Source: a virus | DNA: 64,000 bases | Virus record (IMG/VR): IMGVR_UViG_3300045988_139196 | Reading direction: 5' to 3' (one strand) | In this document: positions 55,678-64,000 of the stretch, piece after piece | How positions within the stretch are numbered: the first letter of the stretch is position 1 | How the letters are laid out: each line of letters opens with the position of its first letter | Notes under the pieces: model-generated | What the model was told of the DNA's origin: nothing | Database searches by the model: none | What the model saw: the letters and a program-made list of their open reading frames with translations, nothing else | Program-made: the position numbers and the translations under genes

Positions 55678-56157
55678 ATGGAAGTTGGACATTTTTATTT
55701 TTTGGACAATCAATATTATCAAGATTTCAATGACGATAAGCTTATGAGCAATCATGAAACTGTTGATGGTGAAGTACATGGTCGCCCTTGCTATTGTTGT
55801 ATAAACACATCTGATAACGGTATTTATTGGGCTATTCCAATATCTTCGCAAGTTGAGAAATATAGAAAAATATATGATAAGAAGATTGACAAGAATGGAA
55901 AATGCGATACCATTGATTTTGGAAAAGTGCTTGGTGCAGAGAGAGCGTTTTTAATTCAAAATATGTGTCCTGTTACCGATAAATATATAAAGAATGAGTA
56001 TCAACATTTAGGTGTACCAGTAGCCATTGATTATATGACATATAAAAGAATAGTGTCTAAGGCTACAAAGGTGTCTGCTTTGGTACATAATAATAATTCG
56101 CATTTGATATTTCCAGATGTGTTGAAAATTGAAGAAGTGCTAAAGTCAAAAAAATAA
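55678..56157 (+). CDS. type III TA toxin, ToxN/AbiQ/CptN-like endoribonuclease (third paralogue)
   Basis: FYFLDNQYYQDFNDDKL..GRPCYCCI..GIYWAIPISSQVEKYRKIY..RAFLIQNMCPVTDKYIK. Closest by eye to the 8343 protein. Confidence 0.7.
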   Translation: MEVGHFYFLDNQYYQDFNDDKLMSNHETVDGEVHGRPCYCCINTSDNGIYWAIPISSQVEKYRKIYDKKIDKNGKCDTIDFGKVLGAERAFLIQNMCPVTDKYIKNEYQHLGVPVAIDYMTYKRIVSKATKVSALVHNNNSHLIFPDVLKIEEVLKSKK

Positions 56158-56176
56158 ATAGAATACAATGCAAATA

Positions 56177-56204
56177 AAGCTCCGATATTCTCGGAGCTTT
56201 TGTT
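56177..56204 (+). terminator. rho-independent terminator
   Basis: Stem AAGCTCCGA/TCGGAGCTT followed by TTGTT. Confidence 0.65.
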
Positions 56205-56276
56205 ATACATGAACACACATCGTTTACTTTCGTCCATTTGTACACTTGTGTACACTCATACACTCATATTCATTAT

Positions 56277-56702
56277 CTATTCTCTCAAATTAACATTTAC
56301 GTTAGTCCAATCCTTGCCGTCACGTTCCATAGTGACAGTATAGTACAATCTGCCCTTAACACCAAAACTATTTTCAGCGTCCACATAAGATGATACGGTG
56401 TAGCTATCATTATGATGTGTAATAAAGCTTTTATCATACATTGGATAATCTGCCGTGGCAGGGGCTTTTAACTGTTTGTTTACATAGAATTTAGCTGCTG
56501 TGTAAGCTTCTTGGCTGTAGTCTTTTTCGTAGTGTGAAATGTCGGATATTTTATCGACCAATCCTATAATAAAGAAAAATAATAATATAATGGCAAATAT
56601 AATTTTGCCAATAGAATAATGAACTTGTTCGGTAGCCTCGTTGTTGTTAGACATGGTATTTTCATTAGTTACATTGTCTGTTTTTCCTTGATTATTCGTC
56701 AT
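56277..56702 (-). CDS. single-pass membrane protein with an extracytoplasmic domain (exclusion-type moron?)
   Basis: TM segment IIFAIILLFFFIIGLV. The C-terminal AKFYVNKQLKAPATADYP...SYVDAENSFGVKGRLYYTV pattern is common in small Firmicutes envelope proteins. Confidence 0.55.
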   Translation of the reverse strand: MTNNQGKTDNVTNENTMSNNNEATEQVHYSIGKIIFAIILLFFFIIGLVDKISDISHYEKDYSQEAYTAAKFYVNKQLKAPATADYPMYDKSFITHHNDSYTVSSYVDAENSFGVKGRLYYTVTMERDGKDWTNVNVNLRE

Positions 56703-56889
56703 AACTATTCTCCTTTAAATTTTATATCAAAACTATAAATGAATAACTGTTAAGGTCTTTAAAACAGTTGAAAATGAGAGTAGTGGCAAGACTAATATTA
56801 GCGTATTAGGCAAGACTATAACGCAACTTTCAGATTTAAAGAACTTATTCAACAATAAATCAAATATAACCTTAATCCCTGCAAGTGAA

Positions 56890-59800
56890 GTGGCGAACGT
56901 TCGTCAGTTCAACAATCTTTTAGCACAGGGAAAATCTGTAGCTGAAGCTGAGTCAATAGCCTTGAAAGGCTGTTCTGAAACAACTCTCAATGTTGCCAGA
57001 AGTGCTAATGGTGCAGCAGTATCAGAAGAAATACTGTCTGCTTCTTTAAAGGGTGTTGCAACTTCCTCTAAGCTTGCTGCCGCTGGCATGAAAGTATTAT
57101 CAACCGTTGGTAATATGGCGGTAGGTGTTATCGCAAGTATAATCCTTGATGGTAGTATAACACTTTTTGATAATATTGTCAATGGTGCAGATAATGCAAA
57201 AGAAAGTTTAGCTCAGTTCACAAGTAGTTTCTCTGACTCTATTGACAAATTAGACGAAGAAAACAAGTCAGTAAATGAATTAGTAAATCGTTATGTAACT
57301 TTGGTTGCGACAACAGATGACTTGTCAACTGTTAAGGACGATTTGAATACTATTCAGGACAACTTAATTGATAAGTACGGTAATGAAGCTAAGAGCCTTG
57401 ACTTGCTTAATGACAAAATGTCTGAGAATATTAAGAAAATCAAAGAGTGGAAAAAAGAAAAGGCTGAGAGTGAACTTTATCAAGAGTCGGATATTACTGA
57501 TCCTGATGATAGTGATAGAAAGCTGAGTGTTAAAGAAGCCTATGATTTAGCACAAAAGAAATTAAAAGAGGGAAGCTCTTTTAACAAGGGTCTTTTTACT
57601 ACTGATTATGGTGGCAAAGGGCAAGCCTATGTATCAGACGGTCTATTCAGTGGCTATAATTCTAATGCTGATATCAACAAGGTCGGCTCTCGTGGTGATG
57701 GTGATTGGTACAGTTACAAGAATGACATTGAACCAATTCTCAAAAAGTATAATAACGTTGGTATAAGCACTAATGCTTATAGTAATTTACTTTTCGCAGG
57801 TACAATGCAAGAACGTATTGATACCATGCAAAAGGTTTATGATGAATTATCCGAGAAATGGGCAAACATTTCAAAAGACGATAATCGTAACAAGTGGTTG
57901 GCTGACTTGCAAAAAGAAATTGCCACTACAACAGAGGAATATGATAAACTTTCCAATGCCGTTGATAAATACAACGAAATTCAGAAAACACTTGAAAACT
58001 ATAACACAAGTGAAGAATTTAGTAAAGCATTTGATGAAGCTCAGAAAGCTACTGAAAGTTATAGTCATGCTGTAGAAACCAAAAACATTGATGATGTTGA
58101 TAGGCTTTATGATTTAACTCAGAAATACAAAGATAAGTTAATCAACTTGGCTAATGGTGACGAGGATTTAATTGACTATGTTAATACTTTCTTTGAAACT
58201 TTGCCTGCAAAATTAACAACAGGTACTTTTGATATTTCTGAGTGGACGGACGATATTGACGAAGTTCAGAATAAGGCAAAATCACTGAAAGATACCTTAA
58301 CGAGCCTGCAAGACGGAAGTATTTCGGATAGTGATTTAGTTGAACTGTTTAAATCATATCCTGACTTAGCTAAGTTCTCAGGCAACACGGAAAAGCTGAC
58401 AGAAGAAGTTAAGAAACTGATAAGACAAAACCCTAAAGAGCTGATAAATAGACTCAAAGAGTTATCAGACACATTGCCAAATGGCAACGATAAGGCTAAT
58501 GTGGAAGGTCTTATTTCAAGCCTTGAAAAGCTTGGAGAGGTAGCTTCTTCTATTTCCGAAGTTAAGCTGTCTGTAGACGATATTGAGAAAATTTATGAGG
58601 AAACGTTTGATGATCTTATAGATAAAGCCGAGGACGAGAAAGATGTTCTTGAAGAACAAAAGAATATTCTTACAGAACAAAAAACTCAACTTGACAATAT
58701 TATTTCTCAGTACGAAACCGTTGCAAACACAGTGGAGTCTTATATTGACGAGCAGAAATCAGCTATTGAGGACAGATACAATGCTGAAATTGATGCCATT
58801 AAATCCGTTAATGAAGAAAAACAAGATACTATTGACTTACAGGAAAAGTTAAATAATCTTGAAAATGCTAAAAAGAAAAAGGTAAATGTTTATTCTGAAG
58901 CTAGTGGTTGGCACTTAGAAACCAATACCGAGGAAGTAAACAAGGCACAGCAGGAATATGAACAGGCGAGTGCTGATAAACGTGTATCTGACCTTGAAAA
59001 ACAGCGTGACAAGGAAACTTCACTGTGGGATAAGTATAAACAACAGTGGCAAGACCTTATCAATAGCTCTACCAATACAGAAAATGAACAGCTTGCCAAA
59101 GATATTTTAGGCGTTAATTGGACGGACAAAATAGCACAGCAAGACACGAATATTCTTAATGACTTTGCGAGCAAATATCAATCTTATCGTTCTCAGCTAT
59201 CAGATCAGGTTGAAAAGGAAATTGAGAGCGTTGATAAAGAGATAACGGCTAAAAGCAAAGAAATTGAGGCATACAAGAAAGAAAAAGAAGCTTTATCAAA
59301 CTATGTTACAGATATTACGAATAAGAACAAAGACTACATAAAACAGTTGACAAACGTTTCTGAAAAAGAAATGCAGACTATGGAAGGTAGGACTAAGTTC
59401 TTAGAGGATTGTAAAAAACGTGCTAGGGAAGCTCTTGACTATTCTGATATTTCTGTTGAGGGTGCTAAATCGAATGGTTTGTATCTTGTTCAATATGACG
59501 GTGAAACTGTTGGAACAGGGCTTGATGAAGCACAAGCAGAACAGTTAAAATCTGAACTGTACGGCAAAATGGTTTCATCAGAACTCTTGGCTAACCCTAT
59601 GCTTGGTAAGAACAAGGGTGCATTAACAGCTATTCTTAACGCTTTAAAGAGTAAGTTTAACATTATTAAGCCATATCGCTCAGGTGGTATTGATGATTAT
59701 ACAGGGCTTGCTCAACTTCATGGAAAGCCAAATGCAGTTGAAACTATCTTCAATTCAGAGCAAGGCAGAAAGCTATACAACCTTGTGGCTAATACGGATA

Positions 59801-60027
59801 ACCTTGTCAATTATATTGGAGATAAGATTTATAACGGCATAACAGATTTGGTAAGGACAAAAATGTCCTCACCAAACAATATTCAAAATAGAAATGACAC
59901 AAACAATAAGACTATCGTATTCCAGATTGATACTGTCAATACAACAGACGGCACAACATTCTTAGAGCAGATGAACGCTTATCTGCAACAGGCTGATTTG
60001 GATAGAATAGTTGGTAAAAATTATTAA
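56890..60027 (+). CDS. tape-measure-like coiled-coil protein, likely the 3' portion of the split tape measure; 5' boundary unresolved
   Basis: No ATG or RBS. The frame is open from 56743. N-terminus has a hydrophobic Gly/Ala segment (AAGMKVLSTVGNMAVGVIASIILDG), followed by about 900 aa of coiled coil. Confidence 0.55.
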   Translation: MANVRQFNNLLAQGKSVAEAESIALKGCSETTLNVARSANGAAVSEEILSASLKGVATSSKLAAAGMKVLSTVGNMAVGVIASIILDGSITLFDNIVNGADNAKESLAQFTSSFSDSIDKLDEENKSVNELVNRYVTLVATTDDLSTVKDDLNTIQDNLIDKYGNEAKSLDLLNDKMSENIKKIKEWKKEKAESELYQESDITDPDDSDRKLSVKEAYDLAQKKLKEGSSFNKGLFTTDYGGKGQAYVSDGLFSGYNSNADINKVGSRGDGDWYSYKNDIEPILKKYNNVGISTNAYSNLLFAGTMQERIDTMQKVYDELSEKWANISKDDNRNKWLADLQKEIATTTEEYDKLSNAVDKYNEIQKTLENYNTSEEFSKAFDEAQKATESYSHAVETKNIDDVDRLYDLTQKYKDKLINLANGDEDLIDYVNTFFETLPAKLTTGTFDISEWTDDIDEVQNKAKSLKDTLTSLQDGSISDSDLVELFKSYPDLAKFSGNTEKLTEEVKKLIRQNPKELINRLKELSDTLPNGNDKANVEGLISSLEKLGEVASSISEVKLSVDDIEKIYEETFDDLIDKAEDEKDVLEEQKNILTEQKTQLDNIISQYETVANTVESYIDEQKSAIEDRYNAEIDAIKSVNEEKQDTIDLQEKLNNLENAKKKKVNVYSEASGWHLETNTEEVNKAQQEYEQASADKRVSDLEKQRDKETSLWDKYKQQWQDLINSSTNTENEQLAKDILGVNWTDKIAQQDTNILNDFASKYQSYRSQLSDQVEKEIESVDKEITAKSKEIEAYKKEKEALSNYVTDITNKNKDYIKQLTNVSEKEMQTMEGRTKFLEDCKKRAREALDYSDISVEGAKSNGLYLVQYDGETVGTGLDEAQAEQLKSELYGKMVSSELLANPMLGKNKGALTAILNALKSKFNIIKPYRSGGIDDYTGLAQLHGKPNAVETIFNSEQGRKLYNLVANTDNLVNYIGDKIYNGITDLVRTKMSSPNNIQNRNDTNNKTIVFQIDTVNTTDGTTFLEQMNAYLQQADLDRIVGKNY

Positions 60028-60046
60028 ATAAACACAAAAGTAACAA

Positions 60047-60080
60047 AGAGCCATTAATTATTTAGTGGCTCTTATCTTTT
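60047..60080 (+). terminator. rho-independent terminator
   Basis: Stem AGAGCCA/TGGCTCT followed by TATCTTTT. Confidence 0.6.
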
Positions 60081-60106
60081 AGAAATATTTTAAATTCAAT
60101 AAAATA

Positions 60107-60135
60107 TTGACAAACGTGGACGAATGTGGTATAAT
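60107..60135 (+). promoter_or_regulatory. consensus promoter of tnpA
   Basis: TTGACA (60107-60112), 17-nt spacer, TATAAT (60130-60135). Confidence 0.6.
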
Positions 60136-60167
60136 GTACTTATAAGAAACAATAAAGGAGTTTTTAT

Positions 60168-60818
60168 ATGAGTAATTATAAACCACAAGAATTTGCTGAA
60201 ATGATAGGTGTATCTGTAAAAACCTTGCAACGTTGGGACAAAGAAGGCAAACTTAAAGCATATCGCACTCCAACAGATAGGCGTTATTATACTCACAAAC
60301 AATATGTCGATTATATGGGTGATGGTAATAGTAAACACGGCAAAACGGTCATATATACAAGAGTATCTACTTCTAATCAAAAAGATGATTTACAAAATCA
60401 AGTCGAATTTTTAAAACAATATGCTAATGCAAAAGGGATTATTGTTGATGAAATCTTTGAAGATATAGGTAGTGGGTTAAATTACAATCGCAAGAAATGG
60501 AATAAACTTATTGAAGATTGTATGCTTGGATTAATAAAGACTGTTATTGTTGCTCATAAAGACAGATTTGTACGTTTTGGATATGAATGGTTTGAACGTT
60601 TTCTTAAATCTGATGGTGTTGAGATTATTGTTGTTAATAATGAAAAGGCATCACCAGAGCAAGAATTAGTTAATGATTTAATATCCATTATACACGTTTT
60701 TAGCTGTCGTATATATGGTTTAAAAAAGTATAAAAAGCAAATCGAAGGAGATGAAGAAATTGCTAAAGAGTTACAAGACAGAAATAAACCCAACGTTCGA
60801 ACAGAAACAAACAATTAA
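60168..60818 (+). CDS. tnpA: IS607-family serine recombinase transposase (MerR-like HTH plus resolvase domain)
   Basis: N-terminal HTH EFAEMIGVSVKTLQRWDKEGKLKAYRTPTDRRYY, then VIYTRVSTSNQKDDLQNQ containing the catalytic Ser. Confidence 0.8.
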   Translation: MSNYKPQEFAEMIGVSVKTLQRWDKEGKLKAYRTPTDRRYYTHKQYVDYMGDGNSKHGKTVIYTRVSTSNQKDDLQNQVEFLKQYANAKGIIVDEIFEDIGSGLNYNRKKWNKLIEDCMLGLIKTVIVAHKDRFVRFGYEWFERFLKSDGVEIIVVNNEKASPEQELVNDLISIIHVFSCRIYGLKKYKKQIEGDEEIAKELQDRNKPNVRTETNN

Positions 60819-61935
60819 TCGCACTATTGGAGTATGCAGATACGTTTACAACTTTTATCTTGCTCACAATCAAGAAATATATAAAACTGAAAAACGTTTT
60901 GTATCTGGAATGGACTTTTCTAAATGGATTAACAATGAATTCATTCTCAACAATCCTGACTTTCATTGGATAAAAGAGGTTAGCAGTAAGTCTGTTAAAC
61001 AAAGCATTATGAACGCTGAGAGAGCTTTCAAGAACTTTTTTAAAGGAAAATCAAGATTTCCAAAGTTCAAGAAGAAAGCAAAATCAGATGTAAAAATGTA
61101 TTTTGTAAAAACAAATGCTAAAACAATTATTCAATGTGGAAGACATAGAATTAAGATTCCTACCCTTGGTTGGGTAAGATTAAAAGAAAAAGGATATATT
61201 CCTACAAACCCCAAAACACATATTATCAAAAGCGGAGCAGTGTCTTGCAAAGCAGGAAGATACTATGTGTCGGTTTTAGTCGAAGAGCAGGAACATCAAA
61301 AGCCTGTTTTAAATGACTTTGGAATAGGAATAGACTTAGGTCTTAAAGATTTTGCCGTTTGTTCAAGCGGAAAAGTTTACAAGAATGACAACAAGAGTTC
61401 TAAAATAAGGAAACTTGAAAAGAAACTTAGACGTGAGCAACGTAGCTTATCGAGGAAATACGAAAGCTATAAGAAACTTAATAAAAATATGAAAGGAGTA
61501 GCTACTCGACAAAATATCCAAAAGCAAAAGTTAAAAGTACAGAAAATTCATCAAAGACTTGACAATATAAGAACAGATTATATCAATAAGGTAATATCCG
61601 AATTGGTGAAAACCAAGCCAATGTGGATTACTATTGAGGATTTAAATATATCAGGTATGATGAAGAATAGACATCTCTCCAAATCAATCGCACAGCAAAA
61701 GTTCTTTGAATTTAGGACAAAGCTACTTGCTAAGTGTAACGAATATGGGATTGAGTTAAGAGTCGTTGATAGATTTTATCCTTCTAGCAAAACTTGTCAT
61801 AATTGTGGTTGTATCAAATCTGATTTGAAATTATCGGATAGAACATACCATTGTTGTGAATGTGGTTATACAGAGGATAGAGATTATAATGCAAGTCTTA
61901 ATTTGCGAGATTGTCAAACCTACAAGGTAGCATAA
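60751..61935 (+). CDS. tnpB: TnpB RNA-guided nuclease (OrfB_IS605 family), catalytic residues intact
   Basis: N-terminus SYKTEINPTFEQKQTINRTIGVCRYVYN. RuvC I is IGIDLGLKDFAV, RuvC II is ITIEDLNISGM, Zn finger is CHNCGC..CCECG, RuvC III is DRDYNASLNL. Confidence 0.8.
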   Translation: MKKLLKSYKTEINPTFEQKQTINRTIGVCRYVYNFYLAHNQEIYKTEKRFVSGMDFSKWINNEFILNNPDFHWIKEVSSKSVKQSIMNAERAFKNFFKGKSRFPKFKKKAKSDVKMYFVKTNAKTIIQCGRHRIKIPTLGWVRLKEKGYIPTNPKTHIIKSGAVSCKAGRYYVSVLVEEQEHQKPVLNDFGIGIDLGLKDFAVCSSGKVYKNDNKSSKIRKLEKKLRREQRSLSRKYESYKKLNKNMKGVATRQNIQKQKLKVQKIHQRLDNIRTDYINKVISELVKTKPMWITIEDLNISGMMKNRHLSKSIAQQKFFEFRTKLLAKCNEYGIELRVVDRFYPSSKTCHNCGCIKSDLKLSDRTYHCCECGYTEDRDYNASLNLRDCQTYKVA

Positions 61936-62085
61936 ACAAGCTAACGTAGGTATGTACCGTAGGCTATACGGGAATTTACGCCTGTGGACTATACAAGAAC
62001 TTGTGAGTAGTCTTATGACAAAAGCATATAGGTTGAAGCAGGAATTTTCTCGATATGGATATATTTGTCCATATTTTGAGTAGCA
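61880..62085 (+). ncRNA. predicted omega-RNA (reRNA) scaffold of TnpB; boundaries approximate
   Basis: Inferred from the known TnpB architecture (scaffold overlaps the tnpB 3' end and the IS right end). A hairpin ATATGGA/TCCATAT lies at 62054-62076. Confidence 0.3.
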
Positions 62086-62096
62086 GGTGAAGAAAA

Positions 62097-64000
62097 ATGA
62101 TTATGACTCCTACATTGGTATTTCCTGATGATGAGGTTGTAAAGATAGATAAGCATAAGGACACAAACGGTGAATATGATCGTGCGCCACACTTCAGTTA
62201 TCAGTTTAATTGTACGGCAGGTTCGGCTATGCGTTGGGCATTGTGTGAGTACACAAACCTTAAAACAGGCGAGGTTAATCACTCTTATTTTCCAAAGGGT
62301 GGTGACATAAACATCTTTTACAATGGTGATAAAGTTGGTGTTAATGAGTTAGTTTTTAATGACATTGCAGAGAACGGTCATGATTACCAATATCGATACA
62401 TTCTTTTTCAAACAGACCCTACAACCATAGCTGACGACACTCAACATGGAGATGGTGTTGGTTTGTATGATATGTATTTCTGCCGTGGAAAAGTTCAGAG
62501 AGCAGGTTCTTCAACATTATTTTATATAAATAAGGAAATAGGCAATTTGAAAGACGCTTATTATTATGAACGTGCTGACGGTTCAAATTACCTAGTTGGT
62601 GGTGCATACATGGAGATAGGCGAGGAACGTAGATTTATTGAAAAGTATGACTACAAAACAGGCATGGTTACATTAAAATCTGCTTTTACAAATACACCAA
62701 CAGTAGGCATTGAATTTAGGATATTTACTAATTACTTTATAGATAAACCGCATTATGTAAAATGCAGAAACGACCCTGATTGTATTGTGACGGCTGAAGT
62801 AAATGAAAACAATTCTACTAGACCGATACATTGTGAAACAACGTATACTCACCCTAATCATGTCGGATTGAAATATTATAAGTATTATTTGTATCAAATA
62901 ATTAATTCAAATGTAGTCTATGACGGAACTATTCAGGACAGCACAAATGATACAACTCAGGTCAATCTTGGTAAAAGTATAGGTGAAAATATAGTAAATA
63001 AGTGTATTACTATAGAGGTAGAGCCTAGTGGAACAGAGGGTCATGTTACCGAGGGTATTAATGGTTTTATTTCTAACTACAATACTGCTACTGGAATGGC
63101 TATAATTTATTGCCCTGCAAACACTCAGTTTATAAAAGGTGCAAAGTTTACTGTTTATAGTGAAACACAGAAATTGATTGGCGAGAGTCCTGCAATTTAT
63201 AATTTCAGACTCGACTATGATTTCTATGCTATGCAGGCAGGAAATTCGTATTGTGTTGTTAGTGAGATTATGACACTTGACGATAAAATGTATCATTTTA
63301 GCAAAAGAGTATCGTTCCAAGGCAACGAGTTAGGTGATTTAGTAAACAACTTTAATTGTCTAATAATTAATAATCGTATAGCAATGCTGTCATGGAATAC
63401 AACTCTTAGTGGTACTGCAAAGATTTTTAGACGTAATGTAAATGAAGAAGATTATGTTTTTCTTGGTACTACTAATACAAAGAGCTTCTTTGACACAACA
63501 GTTGGCAATAAGCAGACTTATGAATATTATGTTTGTTACGGAGATTACAAACCATATAAATCAGAGCAAGTATCGGTAAACAAGGACGGTTGGTTTATAT
63601 ACTCTTTAACCGATTTGGGTACAAAATATAACAAAAAGTATTATGCTATTTCTGAGTGTTGGGAGTTTATAACAGGTATGACCGATAATGATATTACATC
63701 AAATATTGGTCTTGCGGTACACACAGGAACAGGTATTAAGCCAAAAACAACTAGAACAGTAACAGACTATGAGAGTGGTTCTTTCTCTGCTGATCTTTTA
63801 ACAATTAATTGCCCTGATGGTCGAATAGTCGATAATATTGACAGAGTAAAAGCATGGACAAAATTTATTAAAGGCAAGAATGATTTTATGTTAAAATCTC
63901 ATAAGGGCGATGTTTGGATTATAAATATCTCAGATAACCCTACTAGAATTTATGATAGCACAAGTGTATTAGGGCTGACTAATATTAAGTATGGTTGGAT
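62097..64000 (+). CDS. tail or baseplate structural protein, C-terminal part lies outside the window
   Basis: Own translation: MIMTPTLVFPDDEVVKIDKHKDTNGEYDRAPHFSYQFNCTAGSAMRWALCEY... The frame is open from ATG 62097 (RBS AGGTGA) to the window end. The supplied minus-strand ORFs here are spurious. Confidence 0.6.
   Translation, partial: MIMTPTLVFPDDEVVKIDKHKDTNGEYDRAPHFSYQFNCTAGSAMRWALCEYTNLKTGEVNHSYFPKGGDINIFYNGDKVGVNELVFNDIAENGHDYQYRYILFQTDPTTIADDTQHGDGVGLYDMYFCRGKVQRAGSSTLFYINKEIGNLKDAYYYERADGSNYLVGGAYMEIGEERRFIEKYDYKTGMVTLKSAFTNTPTVGIEFRIFTNYFIDKPHYVKCRNDPDCIVTAEVNENNSTRPIHCETTYTHPNHVGLKYYKYYLYQIINSNVVYDGTIQDSTNDTTQVNLGKSIGENIVNKCITIEVEPSGTEGHVTEGINGFISNYNTATGMAIIYCPANTQFIKGAKFTVYSETQKLIGESPAIYNFRLDYDFYAMQAGNSYCVVSEIMTLDDKMYHFSKRVSFQGNELGDLVNNFNCLIINNRIAMLSWNTTLSGTAKIFRRNVNEEDYVFLGTTNTKSFFDTTVGNKQTYEYYVCYGDYKPYKSEQVSVNKDGWFIYSLTDLGTKYNKKYYAISECWEFITGMTDNDITSNIGLAVHTGTGIKPKTTRTVTDYESGSFSADLLTINCPDGRIVDNIDRVKAWTKFIKGKNDFMLKSHKGDVWIINISDNPTRIYDSTSVLGLTNIKYGW

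Larger units (their letters stand above)
60085..62085 (+). mobile_element. IS607-family insertion sequence (tnpA serine recombinase plus tnpB); ends approximate
   Basis: Two overlapping IS607-type genes lie between a phage terminator and the RBS of the next tail gene. Confidence 0.65.

Noticed and set aside
61976-63320. Five minus-strand ORFs (60-137 aa) in the supplied track.
   Set aside because: The plus strand has an uninterrupted frame from ATG 62097 (with RBS) to the window end, encoding a plausible tail protein. The minus-strand ORFs are antisense artefacts.
1-64000. Stop-codon reassignment (TAG or TGA recoding), as seen in some gut phages.
   Set aside because: Long late genes are intact under the standard code. 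TAG, TAA and TGA all terminate well-supported genes (for example TAG ends the ClpP-like gene at 31936-31938). None of the four tRNAs has a suppressor anticodon. The isolated in-frame stops at 32843 and 20196 are reported as local oddities only.

Overview
AT-rich segment of a large tailed dsDNA phage or prophage of the low-GC Firmicutes type, transcribed divergently from a 3.3 kb almost gene-free centre (20.6-23.9 kb). The left arm is mostly minus strand. It holds an accessory island (MazF-like and HicA-like toxins, an Arc-like RHH / antisense RNA / Bro-KilAC antirepressor module, a poly-Thr lipoprotein, two type III toxin-antitoxin loci, a tyrosine recombinase), a tRNA-Leu/Lys/Gln cluster, and about 25 small early genes including a DnaN-type sliding clamp. 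The right arm is plus strand. It holds several Bro-N proteins, a YonO/RdRP-like two-barrel RNA polymerase, ClpP-like, PhoH-like and metallophosphoesterase genes, tRNA-Asn plus a second tyrosine recombinase, a large terminase interrupted by a LAGLIDADG intein, and portal, capsid and tail genes. The tape-measure gene appears split. A complete group I ribozyme core begins in its last codons. About 2.7 kb of cargo follows (MazEF-like pair, a third type III TA locus, a membrane protein), and then a 1045-aa ORF resumes. An IS607-type tnpA/tnpB element lies between that ORF and the next tail gene. All functional calls rest on motif recognition by eye; no database search was run.
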